The notes: generated by a model from the letters alone, not told the origin. DNA of 46,950 bases from Patescibacteria group bacterium (GCA_023484045.1 JAMDAA010000001.1:1-46950); one strand, 5' to 3'; counted from the first letter of the stretch, positions 1-9,357 are shown. Made by a program: numbers and translations.

Positions 1-126
1 CGGCAGCCGTAACAAAACCGTCTCGTAATCCGATTAAGCGATTCCTCGGTCGCTAATATGTCCTTTCTCTCCGACTGCCTACTTAGTTTTCTTATGTTAT
101 CGGCAGACACACTAGAAGTATAAGTA

Positions 127-155
127 TTGTAGTTCTTCTTAATTCATGCTATAAT
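127..155 (+). promoter_or_regulatory. sigma70-type promoter of rpsO-pnp
   Basis: TTGTAG (127-132), 17 nt, TATAAT (150-155) with an extended -10 TG at 147-148; ATG 14 nt downstream. Confidence 0.65.
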
Positions 156-169
156 TAGTTGTTATAAAT

Positions 170-439
170 ATGCCACTTAGTGCGACACAGAAAGAAGAAG
201 TCATTAAAAAATTCCAAACCGCAAAGGGCGACACAGGAAGCCCCGAAGTGCAAATCGCGCTTCTAACAAGAAGAATCGATCGGTTAACGGAACATTTAAA
301 AGCGCATCAGCATGATGTTCACAGTCGACGCGGACTTTTATCGATGATCGCAAAAAGAAGAAGACTTATAAATTTTTTATCAAAATTAGAGAAAGAAAGA
401 GCCCTCGAAATCTCAAAAAAGATTGGGCTGAAAGATTAA
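170..439 (+). CDS. rpsO: 30S ribosomal protein S15
   Basis: 89 aa; DTGSPEVQIALLT and HDVHSRRGLL motifs; upstream of pnp as usual. Confidence 0.98.
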   Translation: MPLSATQKEEVIKKFQTAKGDTGSPEVQIALLTRRIDRLTEHLKAHQHDVHSRRGLLSMIAKRRRLINFLSKLEKERALEISKKIGLKD

Positions 440-443
440 CTGC

Positions 444-2753
444 ATGAAAAAAACCTCAAAAAGTTTAGAATTATCGGGTAAAACGATTACTCTTGAAACA
501 GGTTATCTCGCCCCACAAGCGACAGCCTCTGTTTTGGCGCGGATCGGGGACACGGAAGTTTTGGTAACGGTTGTAGAAGGTTCTGTTCGCGAGGACATCG
601 ATTATTTTCCACTAACGGTAGAATACGTAGAAAGATTATACGCCGGCGGAAAAATTAAAGGAAGTCGTTGGGTAAAAAGAGAAGGAAAACCATCTGATGA
701 TGCGATTTTAACAGCAAGACTTATCGATCGTTCGATTAGGCCTTTATTCCCAAAAGAATACAAAAATGAAGTTCAGGTTGTCGTGACTGTTTTATCGGTC
801 GACGGAGAAAACGAGCCGGATGTTTTGTCGATAACCGCTGTTTCCACAGCGCTTAATATCTCACGAATTCCATGGAAAGGTCCGATCGGTGCGGTAAGAG
901 TTGGATATGTTAAGGAAAAAGGAAACGGAAACGCAGAATTTATAATTAATCCGAGAGTTTCAGAAAGCGAATTCTCGGAACTCGATCTCGTCGCATCCCA
1001 GACAAAAGAAAAAACGATAATGTTAGAAGCCGGTGCGCTTCAAGTTTCGGAAATAATTGCGCTCGAAGCGGTTAAAAAAGCCCATGAAGAAACAAAAAAG
1101 ATAATTAACTTCATAGAGGACTTTACCAAAGAGACAGGACAGAAAAAACAAACAGTAGCTCCAGACTCGGTTTTATCGGAACTTATCGCAAGAATCGAAA
1201 AAAACTATAAAGAAGAAATCAAATCTTTTATTCCGGTTCGAGCATCGAAAGAATCTACTAATAGTAACGAATTATCGGGTTTGATCGATAAAATATTTGA
1301 GGAAGAAAAAACAGCAAACCCCGATCTTCCGATCGACAAAAAACTCGTCTCAAAGGCCACGGAGTACATCCTTTTTAAGGGAATTAGAGAAGATATTCTT
1401 AAAAAAGGAAAAAGACCGGATGGAAGAAAAATTAACGAGGTTAGAGAGATTTCCGGACAAACGTCGATGTTACCAAGAACCCATGGGTCGGCTGTTTTTC
1501 AACGCGGAGACACACAGGTTTTAACCGTCGTCACTTTGGGTTCGCCAAAACTAGAACAGCTAATAGAGTCAGCAGAAGGAGAAGAAACAAAAAGATATAT
1601 TCATCACTATTCGATGCCGCCGTACTCTGTCGGAGAAACCGGAAGAGTCGGATTTCCATCGAGACGCGAAATCGGACACGGGGCGCTGGCCGAACGCGCG
1701 ATCGTTTCTGTTGTTCCAAACCAGGATAAGTTTCCCTACACGATAAGAGTGGTTTCTGAAGTTTTGTCCTCGAACGGTTCGACATCGATGGCATCAACTT
1801 GCGGTTCGACACTTGCTCTAATGGACGCGGGCGTCCCGATTAGTAAACCGGTTTCCGGAATCGCGATGGGACTCATGACTTCTTCGTCCGGCGAAGCCGG
1901 ATCAGGGCAAGCCAATAAAGATGAATATGTAATTTTGAGTGACATATTAGGACTTGAAGATTTTTCGGGAGACATGGATTTTAAAGTTGCCGGGACTGAC
2001 ACTGGAATTACCGCAATTCAGCTCGATGTAAAAATTTCAGGACTTACGATAAAACAAATAGAAGAAACTTTGGAAAGGGCAAAAATCGGAAGACTTTTTA
2101 TTTTGGAAAAAATGGAGAAAATTCTACCCTCCTCCCGAACGCAGGTTTCTGAATTTGCACCGAAAATCGAAGTTACCCGTGTCCCGGTTGAAAAAATCGG
2201 CGAAGTCATCGGGCCAGGAGGACGGGTAATTAGAAACATTATCGCAGAAACAGGCGCAACAGTCGACGTTGAAGACGACGGGACAGTGACAATCTCCGGA
2301 ACTTCTGAAGAATCAGTCGCAAAAGCTATAGATTGGGTTAAAGGATTAACGCGCGAAATTACAGCCGGAGAAGTTTTTGATGGTACGGTTAAAAGAATTC
2401 TACCGTTTGGCGCGTTTGTCGAAGTGTTGCCGGGAAAAGAAGGAATGGTTCATGTTTCTCAAATGTCAACAGGATTCGTAAAAAACCCGAGCGATGTTGT
2501 TACAATCGGACAGAAAGTTAAAGTAAGAGTATCTGAAATCGATGAACAGGGAAGAATCAATTTGTCGATGCTTTTCGGGGAAGACGCGAATCAAACACAA
2601 AAACATCAAAATGTTCAAAGTCCAAAAAGCATGCATCCGTTGTCGATGCAATTTAGGAGAGAAAGGTCTGTAATTCCAGGAAAACCAAGTTTTAGAAAAA
2701 GAGGTTCTTTTAGGTCGCAATCCGGTCCCCGTTTTAATAAAAAACCGTATTAA
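444..2753 (+). CDS. pnp: polyribonucleotide nucleotidyltransferase (PNPase)
   Basis: 769 aa; two RNase PH domains (RLIDRSIRPLF; RREIGHGALAER; SNGSTSMAS), then KH and S1 domains. Confidence 0.98.
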   Translation: MKKTSKSLELSGKTITLETGYLAPQATASVLARIGDTEVLVTVVEGSVREDIDYFPLTVEYVERLYAGGKIKGSRWVKREGKPSDDAILTARLIDRSIRPLFPKEYKNEVQVVVTVLSVDGENEPDVLSITAVSTALNISRIPWKGPIGAVRVGYVKEKGNGNAEFIINPRVSESEFSELDLVASQTKEKTIMLEAGALQVSEIIALEAVKKAHEETKKIINFIEDFTKETGQKKQTVAPDSVLSELIARIEKNYKEEIKSFIPVRASKESTNSNELSGLIDKIFEEEKTANPDLPIDKKLVSKATEYILFKGIREDILKKGKRPDGRKINEVREISGQTSMLPRTHGSAVFQRGDTQVLTVVTLGSPKLEQLIESAEGEETKRYIHHYSMPPYSVGETGRVGFPSRREIGHGALAERAIVSVVPNQDKFPYTIRVVSEVLSSNGSTSMASTCGSTLALMDAGVPISKPVSGIAMGLMTSSSGEAGSGQANKDEYVILSDILGLEDFSGDMDFKVAGTDTGITAIQLDVKISGLTIKQIEETLERAKIGRLFILEKMEKILPSSRTQVSEFAPKIEVTRVPVEKIGEVIGPGGRVIRNIIAETGATVDVEDDGTVTISGTSEESVAKAIDWVKGLTREITAGEVFDGTVKRILPFGAFVEVLPGKEGMVHVSQMSTGFVKNPSDVVTIGQKVKVRVSEIDEQGRINLSMLFGEDANQTQKHQNVQSPKSMHPLSMQFRRERSVIPGKPSFRKRGSFRSQSGPRFNKKPY
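1882..1913 (+). repeat. short palindromic repeat inserted in-frame in pnp
   Basis: cttcgtccggcgaagccggatcagggcaagcc; 28/30 identical to the copy at 41618-41647; encodes SSGEAGSGQA in a PNPase loop. Confidence 0.75.
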
Positions 2754-2782
2754 TCCTTAATAACCATCGTATTTATTTTTTT

Positions 2783-2928
2783 ATCCGCCTTCGCAGAAAA
2801 CCATGGGTTTATTCATGGACGAACGCGTTAACAATGCTACGGCGGATGTTCGCCAGAAATTTAGGCGGATAACCCTCCGAAGCTTCAGCGAAGGAGGGTA
2901 TATAATAATACCACGAGTTTACTCGTGG
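2783..2928. repeat. cluster of nested/adjacent short palindromic elements
   Basis: atccgcc...ggcggat (2783-2847) enclosing ccatgggtttattcatgg (2801-2818); cgcc...ggcg (2851-2867); accctccgaagcttcagcgaaggagggt (2872-2899); ccacgagtttactcgtgg (2911-2928). Confidence 0.8.
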
Positions 2929-2946
2929 ACTCCATTGTTGTATTAT
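2918..2946 (+). promoter_or_regulatory. putative promoter, leaderless start of the Lon-like gene
   Basis: TTTACT (2918-2923), 17 nt, TATTAT (2941-2946), 6 nt, ATG 2953. Confidence 0.5.
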
Positions 2947-2952
2947 AAATTT

Positions 2953-4092
2953 ATGGATCCTATACAAACAGGTAATAGTTCTAGTGATAATAAAGATGTC
3001 GAAATAAAAAATTCTTCTAATGCGAGCGCTGCTGCAGACCAGATAAGACGACTCGGAGAAAAAATCGAAGACGCAAATTTACCCGAAGATCTTAAACAGC
3101 TTCTTATCGAAAGAATTCAAAGATTAACACTTCTCCGGGCGTCTTCCGGATATTTAAGTCCGAATTATATTATCGAATACGAAAACACGTCTTCTTATAT
3201 TAATTGGACTGTAAGTCTTCCGTGGGGGAAAATGACAAACGATATTTTGGATTTGGTAAAAGCGAAAGAAATTTTAAACAAAAACCATTATGGGTTAAAT
3301 TCGGTTAAGGACAGAATTTTAGAATATTTAGCATCGATAATTTTAAACGAAAAAAATAGAACTTCGGAAGTTGACTTTACGGTTTTACGGGCGCCGATTA
3401 TTTGTTTAGTAGGCCTTGTCGGAACCGGAAAAACAACACTAGCCTATTCTATAGCAGAGGCACTCGGTCGAAAATTTGAGCGTATTCCTTTCGGAGGAAT
3501 GGGAGATTCGAGGGCGTTGAGAGGTCAATCACGCGCATTTGCTGATGCAGAGCCAGGATTAATAATAAAAAAACTCGTTCATTCACAGGCAAAAAATTCG
3601 GTCATACTCCTTGATGAATTGGATAGAGTTTCTCAAGAAGCACGGGCCGATATAATGGGAGTACTCGTTGAGCTTTTGGACCCGGAACAAAACAGGGCGT
3701 TTACAGATCATTATATCGATTACCCATTCGATCTTTCTCAAGTTCTCTTTGTCGCGACCGCAAATAATACGACAAATATTTCAACGGCAGTTTTAGACAG
3801 GCTCGAAATTATTCAGATGCCGTCTTACACGGATGCTGAGAAAACTGCGATCGGAAAAGATTATTTGTTTCCGAAAATTCGTCTACAGACGGGTCTGCAA
3901 GAGAATCAATTGGTTATTGACGAGAATGTTTGGTCGTTAATTATTCGACCGTTGGGATTCGATTCGGGAATAAGAAGTCTTGAGAGAACAATTCAAGGGG
4001 TTTGCCGGAAAACGGCGCGTTCCATCGTCGAAGGCAAAGGCCAATCTTTTCATATCACAGCAGAAAATATTAAAGAATTTATGTCTCAGTAA
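2953..4092 (+). CDS. Lon-type AAA+ ATPase lacking the N-terminal LON domain and the C-terminal protease domain
   Basis: Lon-like motifs: WTVSLPWG, LNKNHYGLNSVKDRILEYLA, Walker A GLVGTGKTT, Walker B ILLDELD, LLDPEQN.AF.DHY...PFDLSQVLF.ATAN; ends right after the alpha subdomain. Start moved from 2803 to 2953 because the upstream part translates the palindrome cluster. Confidence 0.85.
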   Translation: MDPIQTGNSSSDNKDVEIKNSSNASAAADQIRRLGEKIEDANLPEDLKQLLIERIQRLTLLRASSGYLSPNYIIEYENTSSYINWTVSLPWGKMTNDILDLVKAKEILNKNHYGLNSVKDRILEYLASIILNEKNRTSEVDFTVLRAPIICLVGLVGTGKTTLAYSIAEALGRKFERIPFGGMGDSRALRGQSRAFADAEPGLIIKKLVHSQAKNSVILLDELDRVSQEARADIMGVLVELLDPEQNRAFTDHYIDYPFDLSQVLFVATANNTTNISTAVLDRLEIIQMPSYTDAEKTAIGKDYLFPKIRLQTGLQENQLVIDENVWSLIIRPLGFDSGIRSLERTIQGVCRKTARSIVEGKGQSFHITAENIKEFMSQ

Positions 4093-4095
4093 TTT

Positions 4096-5751
4096 ATGAA
4101 TAATCAAATTTCTTTTATCCCTCTAGGTGGAGTCGGCGATGTCACGCGAAACATGTATTTATACGAGACAGAAAGCGAGATATTAATTATTGATTGTGGT
4201 TTGGGTTTTGCCGACGAGACGATGCTCGGCGTCGATCTTTTGTTGCCCGACATATCGTATTTATTAAAGACAAAAAAGAAAATTGCCGGAATGGTGTTAA
4301 CCCACGGACATGAAGATCATATCGGCGCGCTTCCTTATATTTTACCCCAACTTCCGATTTTTCCGATATTCGCAACGCCTTTGACTGCCGCGCTCGCGAA
4401 TGAGAAACTTAAAGAATTTAACGTTTCGAGTCGTGTTAAAACAGTATTGTTCGACGAACAGGAAAAAACATTAGGCAATTTCAAAATTTTATTTATCCGT
4501 GTAACACATTCGGTGCCCGATGCTTCAAACTTATTAATAAAAACTCCTGCCGGCAATTTTTACCACGGGAGTGATTTTAAATTCGATTTAACCCCAGTCG
4601 ATGGAAAAAGAACAGAATTTCGTAAGATTGTAAACGGTGCAGATAACGGCATTACTTGTTTAATGTCTGATTGTTTGGGTTCGGAGCGACCGGGATATAC
4701 ACCTTCGGAACAAAGTTTATCAGAAAGTTTTGAAAGAGAGGCGAAAGTATGCAGGGGAAAACTTATTATTACAACTTATTCGTCCAATATATCGAGACTT
4801 AATCAGGCGATAAAAGCGGGCGAAAACGTGGGTCGAAAAATTTGTTTTGTCGGAAGGTCACTAATAAAAGCGAAAGAAGTCGCGCAAAGACTCGGTTATT
4901 TAAAAATTAATAACGGATCGGAAGTACAAATTGATGATCTTAAAAAATACAACGGAAAAAATTTATTATTGATCGTTGCCGGAAGTCAAGGGCAGGAAAA
5001 TTCGGCGATGACACGGATCGCAAACGACGAACATAGGGATGTAAAATTGAATCCCCAGGACACTGTGATTTTTTCGACGGATCCGATTCCCGGAAACGAA
5101 ATTTCGGTAAATGATTTAATAGATACGATCGCAAAAAAGGGTGCGAGAGTCGTTTATTCTGACATAAGCGGAGATTTTCATGTATCCGGACACGGTTCGG
5201 CGCTCGACATAATGCTTCTAATTTCACTTGTTAAGCCAAGATATTTCTTACCAATCGGCGGAACTTTCAGGCAAATGGTCGCTTACAGATCGCTTTGTGA
5301 AAAACTTGATTATAAGAGGGACGATGTGTTTTTAGTTGATGACGGACAGGAGATTATTTTTTCCCGGGGCAAAGTAACTTTAGGTAAAAAAATCGAAATT
5401 AAAAATGTATATGTAGATCAAATTAGCGGTGAAGAAGTCGAAGGTTTTGTTTTAAGAGACCGTCAAAAACTTTCGGAAGGGGGATTGGTTATTTTGTTGA
5501 CTGAAGTTTCGTCATCGACGGGCGAGATCGTTAATACGCCGACGATTATAATTCGCGGATTTCCTCAATCAGATATTAAAACCTTGGGTGGAAAACTCGA
5601 AAGACATTTAAAAAATACGATCAAAGTAAAGGCAGGAGGTGTGACAGACTGGATTTATATAAGAAAATTAATCGGCGAAACAAGCGAAAGATTTATTTTT
5701 AGAGAACTTCATCGTCACCCTCTGGTTTTACCGGTTGTTATCAAAGTATAA
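4096..5751 (+). CDS. rnj: ribonuclease J
   Basis: 551 aa; PLGG, THGHEDHIG metallo-beta-lactamase motif, THSVPD, beta-CASP region, HVSGH. Confidence 0.96.
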   Translation: MNNQISFIPLGGVGDVTRNMYLYETESEILIIDCGLGFADETMLGVDLLLPDISYLLKTKKKIAGMVLTHGHEDHIGALPYILPQLPIFPIFATPLTAALANEKLKEFNVSSRVKTVLFDEQEKTLGNFKILFIRVTHSVPDASNLLIKTPAGNFYHGSDFKFDLTPVDGKRTEFRKIVNGADNGITCLMSDCLGSERPGYTPSEQSLSESFEREAKVCRGKLIITTYSSNISRLNQAIKAGENVGRKICFVGRSLIKAKEVAQRLGYLKINNGSEVQIDDLKKYNGKNLLLIVAGSQGQENSAMTRIANDEHRDVKLNPQDTVIFSTDPIPGNEISVNDLIDTIAKKGARVVYSDISGDFHVSGHGSALDIMLLISLVKPRYFLPIGGTFRQMVAYRSLCEKLDYKRDDVFLVDDGQEIIFSRGKVTLGKKIEIKNVYVDQISGEEVEGFVLRDRQKLSEGGLVILLTEVSSSTGEIVNTPTIIIRGFPQSDIKTLGGKLERHLKNTIKVKAGGVTDWIYIRKLIGETSERFIFRELHRHPLVLPVVIKV

Positions 5752-5778
5752 ACTTATTTTTTTATAAACCTTATTAAC

Positions 5779-5807
5779 TTGTAGTTATATTTTTAAGTCT
5801 ATATAAT
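5779..5807 (+). promoter_or_regulatory. promoter of ftsK, predicted leaderless
   Basis: TTGTAG (5779-5784), 17 nt, TATAAT (5802-5807), 6 nt, ATG 5814. Confidence 0.65.
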
Positions 5808-5813
5808 TAGTTT

Positions 5814-7925
5814 ATGGCAAAAAGGAGACATTATAAGAAAAGACACTTCAAGGTTAAACTTCGAAAAGAAACTATATATTCGATTTTTGCTTTTGGTTTA
5901 ATACTCGCCGGCGTGCTTTTGTTTCTGTCTTTTTCCCGGTCGGGCGAAAATTTTGTTTTGGTAAGCGATCTTTTCTCTCAGAAATTCGGTTTCATGTCTT
6001 ACCTTTTTCCGTTTGTTTTAATTCTTTTTGGTCTATTTTTCCTACGACTTAGGATATTTTTATCCAAACCTAATGTCTCGATCGGTTTTGCGATTTTTTT
6101 TGTTTCACTTTTATCATTAGGGAAAAGCGGAGAAATAGGAAAAAGTATTTTTTCGACCCTTACCGAAATTTTAACCGTCGCCGGAGCGGATGCTGTTTTT
6201 ATTGCAGGGCTCGCCGTTGGTATAATCGTTATGTTTAATACATCAATCGATGAAATTTTTTCTGCAATAGCTTTTGCGTATAAAAACATTCATCGGTTAT
6301 TTCCGGGTAGAATATTTTCTGTTTTTAAAACAAAAAGGCCATTGCTTGTCCAATCAAAAGGGATCGCGATAAAAGGTGAACAAAAAGAATTAATGGGGTC
6401 GTCTTCTAAAAACGCCATTCCCTCCTTAGCATTAAAAAGAGAACCTGCTTTTCTTTCTGAAAAACTTGTCAGTAATACTTTGCAGGGGCAAATTTGGGAA
6501 TATCCGCCACTTAATCTTTTGTCCGATTCTGCCGGACATAAGGCAAACAGAGGAGATATTAAGAAAATAGCGAGCGTCATCGAAAAAACACTCCAGAGTT
6601 TTGGAATAGAAGCGCGGGTCGCAGAAGTTAATTTGGGTCCGGCTGTTACACAATACGCACTGGAGATCGCGCTCGGTACGAAAGTTTCTAAAATAACTTC
6701 GTTATCGAATGATTTAGCACTTGCGACCGAAGCGCCGACGGGACAGATAAGGATTGAAGCCCCTATCCCTGGAAGAAATTTAGTCGGAATCGAAATTCCA
6801 AACCGTTCTTTAGAAATTGTTTCTCTTAAAACGATGCTCGCATCGAATGTTATGCAAAAAAGTAAATCAAAACTTACTGTTTCTTTGGGTCTTGATGTTT
6901 CGGGTACTCCGGTCGTCGCAAACATAGCGAAGATGCCTCACGTTTTAATCGCTGGAACTACCGGTTCCGGAAAATCGGTATTGATTAATTCTTTTATATC
7001 CTCTCTTCTTTTTAGGGCATCACCAGCGGAAGTAAAACTTATACTGATCGATCCAAAAAGAGTGGAATTAACAGGTTACAACGGTATTCCACATTTATTA
7101 CATCCGGTAATCGTCGAATCAGACAAAATTTTATCGGCATTAAAATGGGCGATGGGAGAAATGGATAGACGTTATAAGATTTTTGCTGAAGCAAACGTAC
7201 GAAATATTGATTCATACAATGAACTTTCGGCTTTTCAGGCACTTCCCTATATCGTGATTTTTATTGATGAACTTGCGGATTTAATGGCATTTGCGCCGGT
7301 CGATGTCGAAGACGCGATCGCGCGTTTGGCCCAGATGGCGCGTGCTACGGGAATTCATCTTGTGGTTTCGACTCAAAGGCCATCTGTCGATGTATTAACA
7401 GGGCTTATTAAGGCGAATATTCCATGCAGAGTTGCGTTTAATGTATCTTCGATGATCGATTCGCGTGTTATTCTCGACACGCCGGGCGCGGAAAAACTTT
7501 TGGGTCGGGGAGACATGCTTTATATTCCGCCGGAACAAGCAAAACCGACTAGGATACAAGGTGCGTTTGTGTCGGACGGAGATGTTAAGAAACTCGTTGA
7601 TTACCTTAAATCCAAAGCGCCGGCCGTTGAGTATACAGAGGAAGTCACGAGTCAAAAAGTCACCCTTAAAAAAGGAGGAATCGCAGTCAGCTCTGATGGT
7701 CGTGATCCGTTTATTGAAGAGGCGATTAGAGTTATTTGCCAATTTGATAAAGCTTCGGCGTCGCTTCTTCAGAGACGTCTTAAGGTTGGTTACGCAAGAG
7801 CGGCGAGAATTTTGGATGAACTCGAAGGAATGGGAATTGTCGGACCGGGAGAAGGATCAAAACCACGAGACGTATTGGTTAAAAATGCGGACGAAATTAT
7901 TAATAATCTAAATGGCGGACAATAA
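5814..7925 (+). CDS. ftsK: DNA translocase FtsK/SpoIIIE
   Basis: N-terminal TM segments; PHVLIAGTTGSGKS Walker A; IFIDELADLM; C-terminal gamma domain (SASLLQRRLKVGYARAARI). Confidence 0.96.
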   Translation: MAKRRHYKKRHFKVKLRKETIYSIFAFGLILAGVLLFLSFSRSGENFVLVSDLFSQKFGFMSYLFPFVLILFGLFFLRLRIFLSKPNVSIGFAIFFVSLLSLGKSGEIGKSIFSTLTEILTVAGADAVFIAGLAVGIIVMFNTSIDEIFSAIAFAYKNIHRLFPGRIFSVFKTKRPLLVQSKGIAIKGEQKELMGSSSKNAIPSLALKREPAFLSEKLVSNTLQGQIWEYPPLNLLSDSAGHKANRGDIKKIASVIEKTLQSFGIEARVAEVNLGPAVTQYALEIALGTKVSKITSLSNDLALATEAPTGQIRIEAPIPGRNLVGIEIPNRSLEIVSLKTMLASNVMQKSKSKLTVSLGLDVSGTPVVANIAKMPHVLIAGTTGSGKSVLINSFISSLLFRASPAEVKLILIDPKRVELTGYNGIPHLLHPVIVESDKILSALKWAMGEMDRRYKIFAEANVRNIDSYNELSAFQALPYIVIFIDELADLMAFAPVDVEDAIARLAQMARATGIHLVVSTQRPSVDVLTGLIKANIPCRVAFNVSSMIDSRVILDTPGAEKLLGRGDMLYIPPEQAKPTRIQGAFVSDGDVKKLVDYLKSKAPAVEYTEEVTSQKVTLKKGGIAVSSDGRDPFIEEAIRVICQFDKASASLLQRRLKVGYARAARILDELEGMGIVGPGEGSKPRDVLVKNADEIINNLNGGQ

Positions 7926-7936
7926 AATTTTAAATT

Positions 7937-8578
7937 ATGTTAAAAATCGGTCAGAAACTCCGTGAAGAGCGCGTAAAAAAGAATTTAACCTTAGAAGAAA
8001 TTTCTAAAGCTACAAAAATTCGGGCTTCTTTTCTTTCTGCGATCGAAAAAGGGGATTATAAAAAACTTCCGTCACCTACTTACGCACAGGGATTCGTCAA
8101 AAATTACGCTGAATTTTTAGGTTTGTCATCGAATAAAGCATCAGCGCTTTTGAGACGCGAATTTGATGAGGAAAAAGCGCTCAGAATTTTACCGAAAGGA
8201 TTAGCAGGAAAAGAAGATTTTCCGGTTGAGGGAATAAAAATCCGAAAAATTCCGATAATCATAATTTTGATTTTTTTAATAGTTTTAGGTTATATAATTT
8301 TTCAATATAGATACACTTTCTTAAATCCGCCTCTAGAAATTAATTCCCCGAAAGAAAATGCAGTTATTGATTCGGAGATTGTTGAAATTTCAGGTAAAAC
8401 AGATTCAAATTCGATGGTATCGGTTAACAATAATCCGATTTCTGTTTCTGACGATGGGACATTTAAAAAAGATATTGATTTATTTCCCGGAAAATCGACG
8501 ATTAAAATAAAGGTGACCAACCGTTTTGGTAAAGAAACAATTATCGAGCGCCACGTCGAAATTAAACCTGGTTCTTGA
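7937..8578 (+). CDS. RodZ-like XRE HTH protein with TM helix and C-terminal Ig-like domain
   Basis: IGQKLREER...TLEEISKATKIR.SFL.AIE.G.Y..LP...YAQGF RodZ-type HTH; hydrophobic stretch; beta-rich C-terminus; follows ftsK. Confidence 0.8.
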   Translation: MLKIGQKLREERVKKNLTLEEISKATKIRASFLSAIEKGDYKKLPSPTYAQGFVKNYAEFLGLSSNKASALLRREFDEEKALRILPKGLAGKEDFPVEGIKIRKIPIIIILIFLIVLGYIIFQYRYTFLNPPLEINSPKENAVIDSEIVEISGKTDSNSMVSVNNNPISVSDDGTFKKDIDLFPGKSTIKIKVTNRFGKETIIERHVEIKPGS

Positions 8579-8603
8579 CATAAAAGCGTAAGTAGAGTAA
8601 CCT
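8575..8603 (+). promoter_or_regulatory. promoter, predicted leaderless
   Basis: TTGACA (8575-8580), 17 nt, TAACCT (8598-8603), 7 nt, ATG 8611. Confidence 0.6.
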
Positions 8604-8610
8604 ATTTTAT

Positions 8611-8901
8611 ATGATAGATGCTGCCCAACCAGTTCTTCTTTTAGTAATAATCGTTTTAGCATTCCTTCTTTTAATTTTAGGGATTCAAGTATTTTTTATT
8701 TTACGGGAACTTCGTCGGACGATTTCTAAAGCAAACAAAATTTTAGACGACACGGGTGTTATAACGGAAAGCGTTTCGAAGCCAATATCATCTTTGTCGA
8801 GCGTCGTGTCGGGAATAAAAACTGGGGTAAATTTCGCGAATTTTTTCAAAAGTAAATTCTATAAAGAGGACGAATCCGAAGGGAAAAAAAATAAAGACTG
8901 A
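8611..8901 (+). CDS. small membrane protein, DUF948/YtxG-like
   Basis: N-terminal TM helix then amphipathic heptad helix (LRELRRTISKANKILDD); paired with a YtxH-like gene. Confidence 0.6.
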   Translation: MIDAAQPVLLLVIIVLAFLLLILGIQVFFILRELRRTISKANKILDDTGVITESVSKPISSLSSVVSGIKTGVNFANFFKSKFYKEDESEGKKNKD

Positions 8902-8908
8902 GGAATTT

Positions 8909-9286
8909 ATGGACTACTGTGACAAAAAAAATAAATCAGGGAGTAGTTTTTTTAACGGATTTATATGGGGCGCTGTAATGGGTGCGGGAGTTTGTTATTT
9001 TTTAACGACAAAAACGGGCAAAAAACTTATAAAAAAATTAACAACAGATGGGTTGGAAGGAGTAACAGAAGTTACAAATTTAATAAGGGAAGAAGTAAAA
9101 CACTCTGAAGAGCCGCAAGTGCAGGATGATTTTGAAGAAGAGGCTGAAGAAGAAATTAAAACAAACGGCCATAAAAAAACTCAAGAGTCACCGATTAGAA
9201 AAATCACAACCTCAACCCAATCCTTAACCAAAGGTTTCGGAGGGCAAGCAAAACGATTTTTCAAAGGTATCCCCAAAAGAAGCTAA
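8909..9286 (+). CDS. YtxH-like protein
   Basis: FFNGFIWGAVMGAGVCYFLTTKTGKKLIKK matches the YtxH N-terminal pattern. Confidence 0.7.
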   Translation: MDYCDKKNKSGSSFFNGFIWGAVMGAGVCYFLTTKTGKKLIKKLTTDGLEGVTEVTNLIREEVKHSEEPQVQDDFEEEAEEEIKTNGHKKTQESPIRKITTSTQSLTKGFGGQAKRFFKGIPKRS

Positions 9287-9357
9287 ATCAAAGAATAATA
9301 TCTATTTTTCAAAAGGTTTCCTATAAAATTATTACTGGCTTAACCTCAATCCTTAAA

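Noticed and set aside
2803-2952. 50-aa N-terminal extension of the Lon-like ORF in the ORF track
   Set aside because: It translates the palindrome cluster, and a promoter motif points to ATG 2953.
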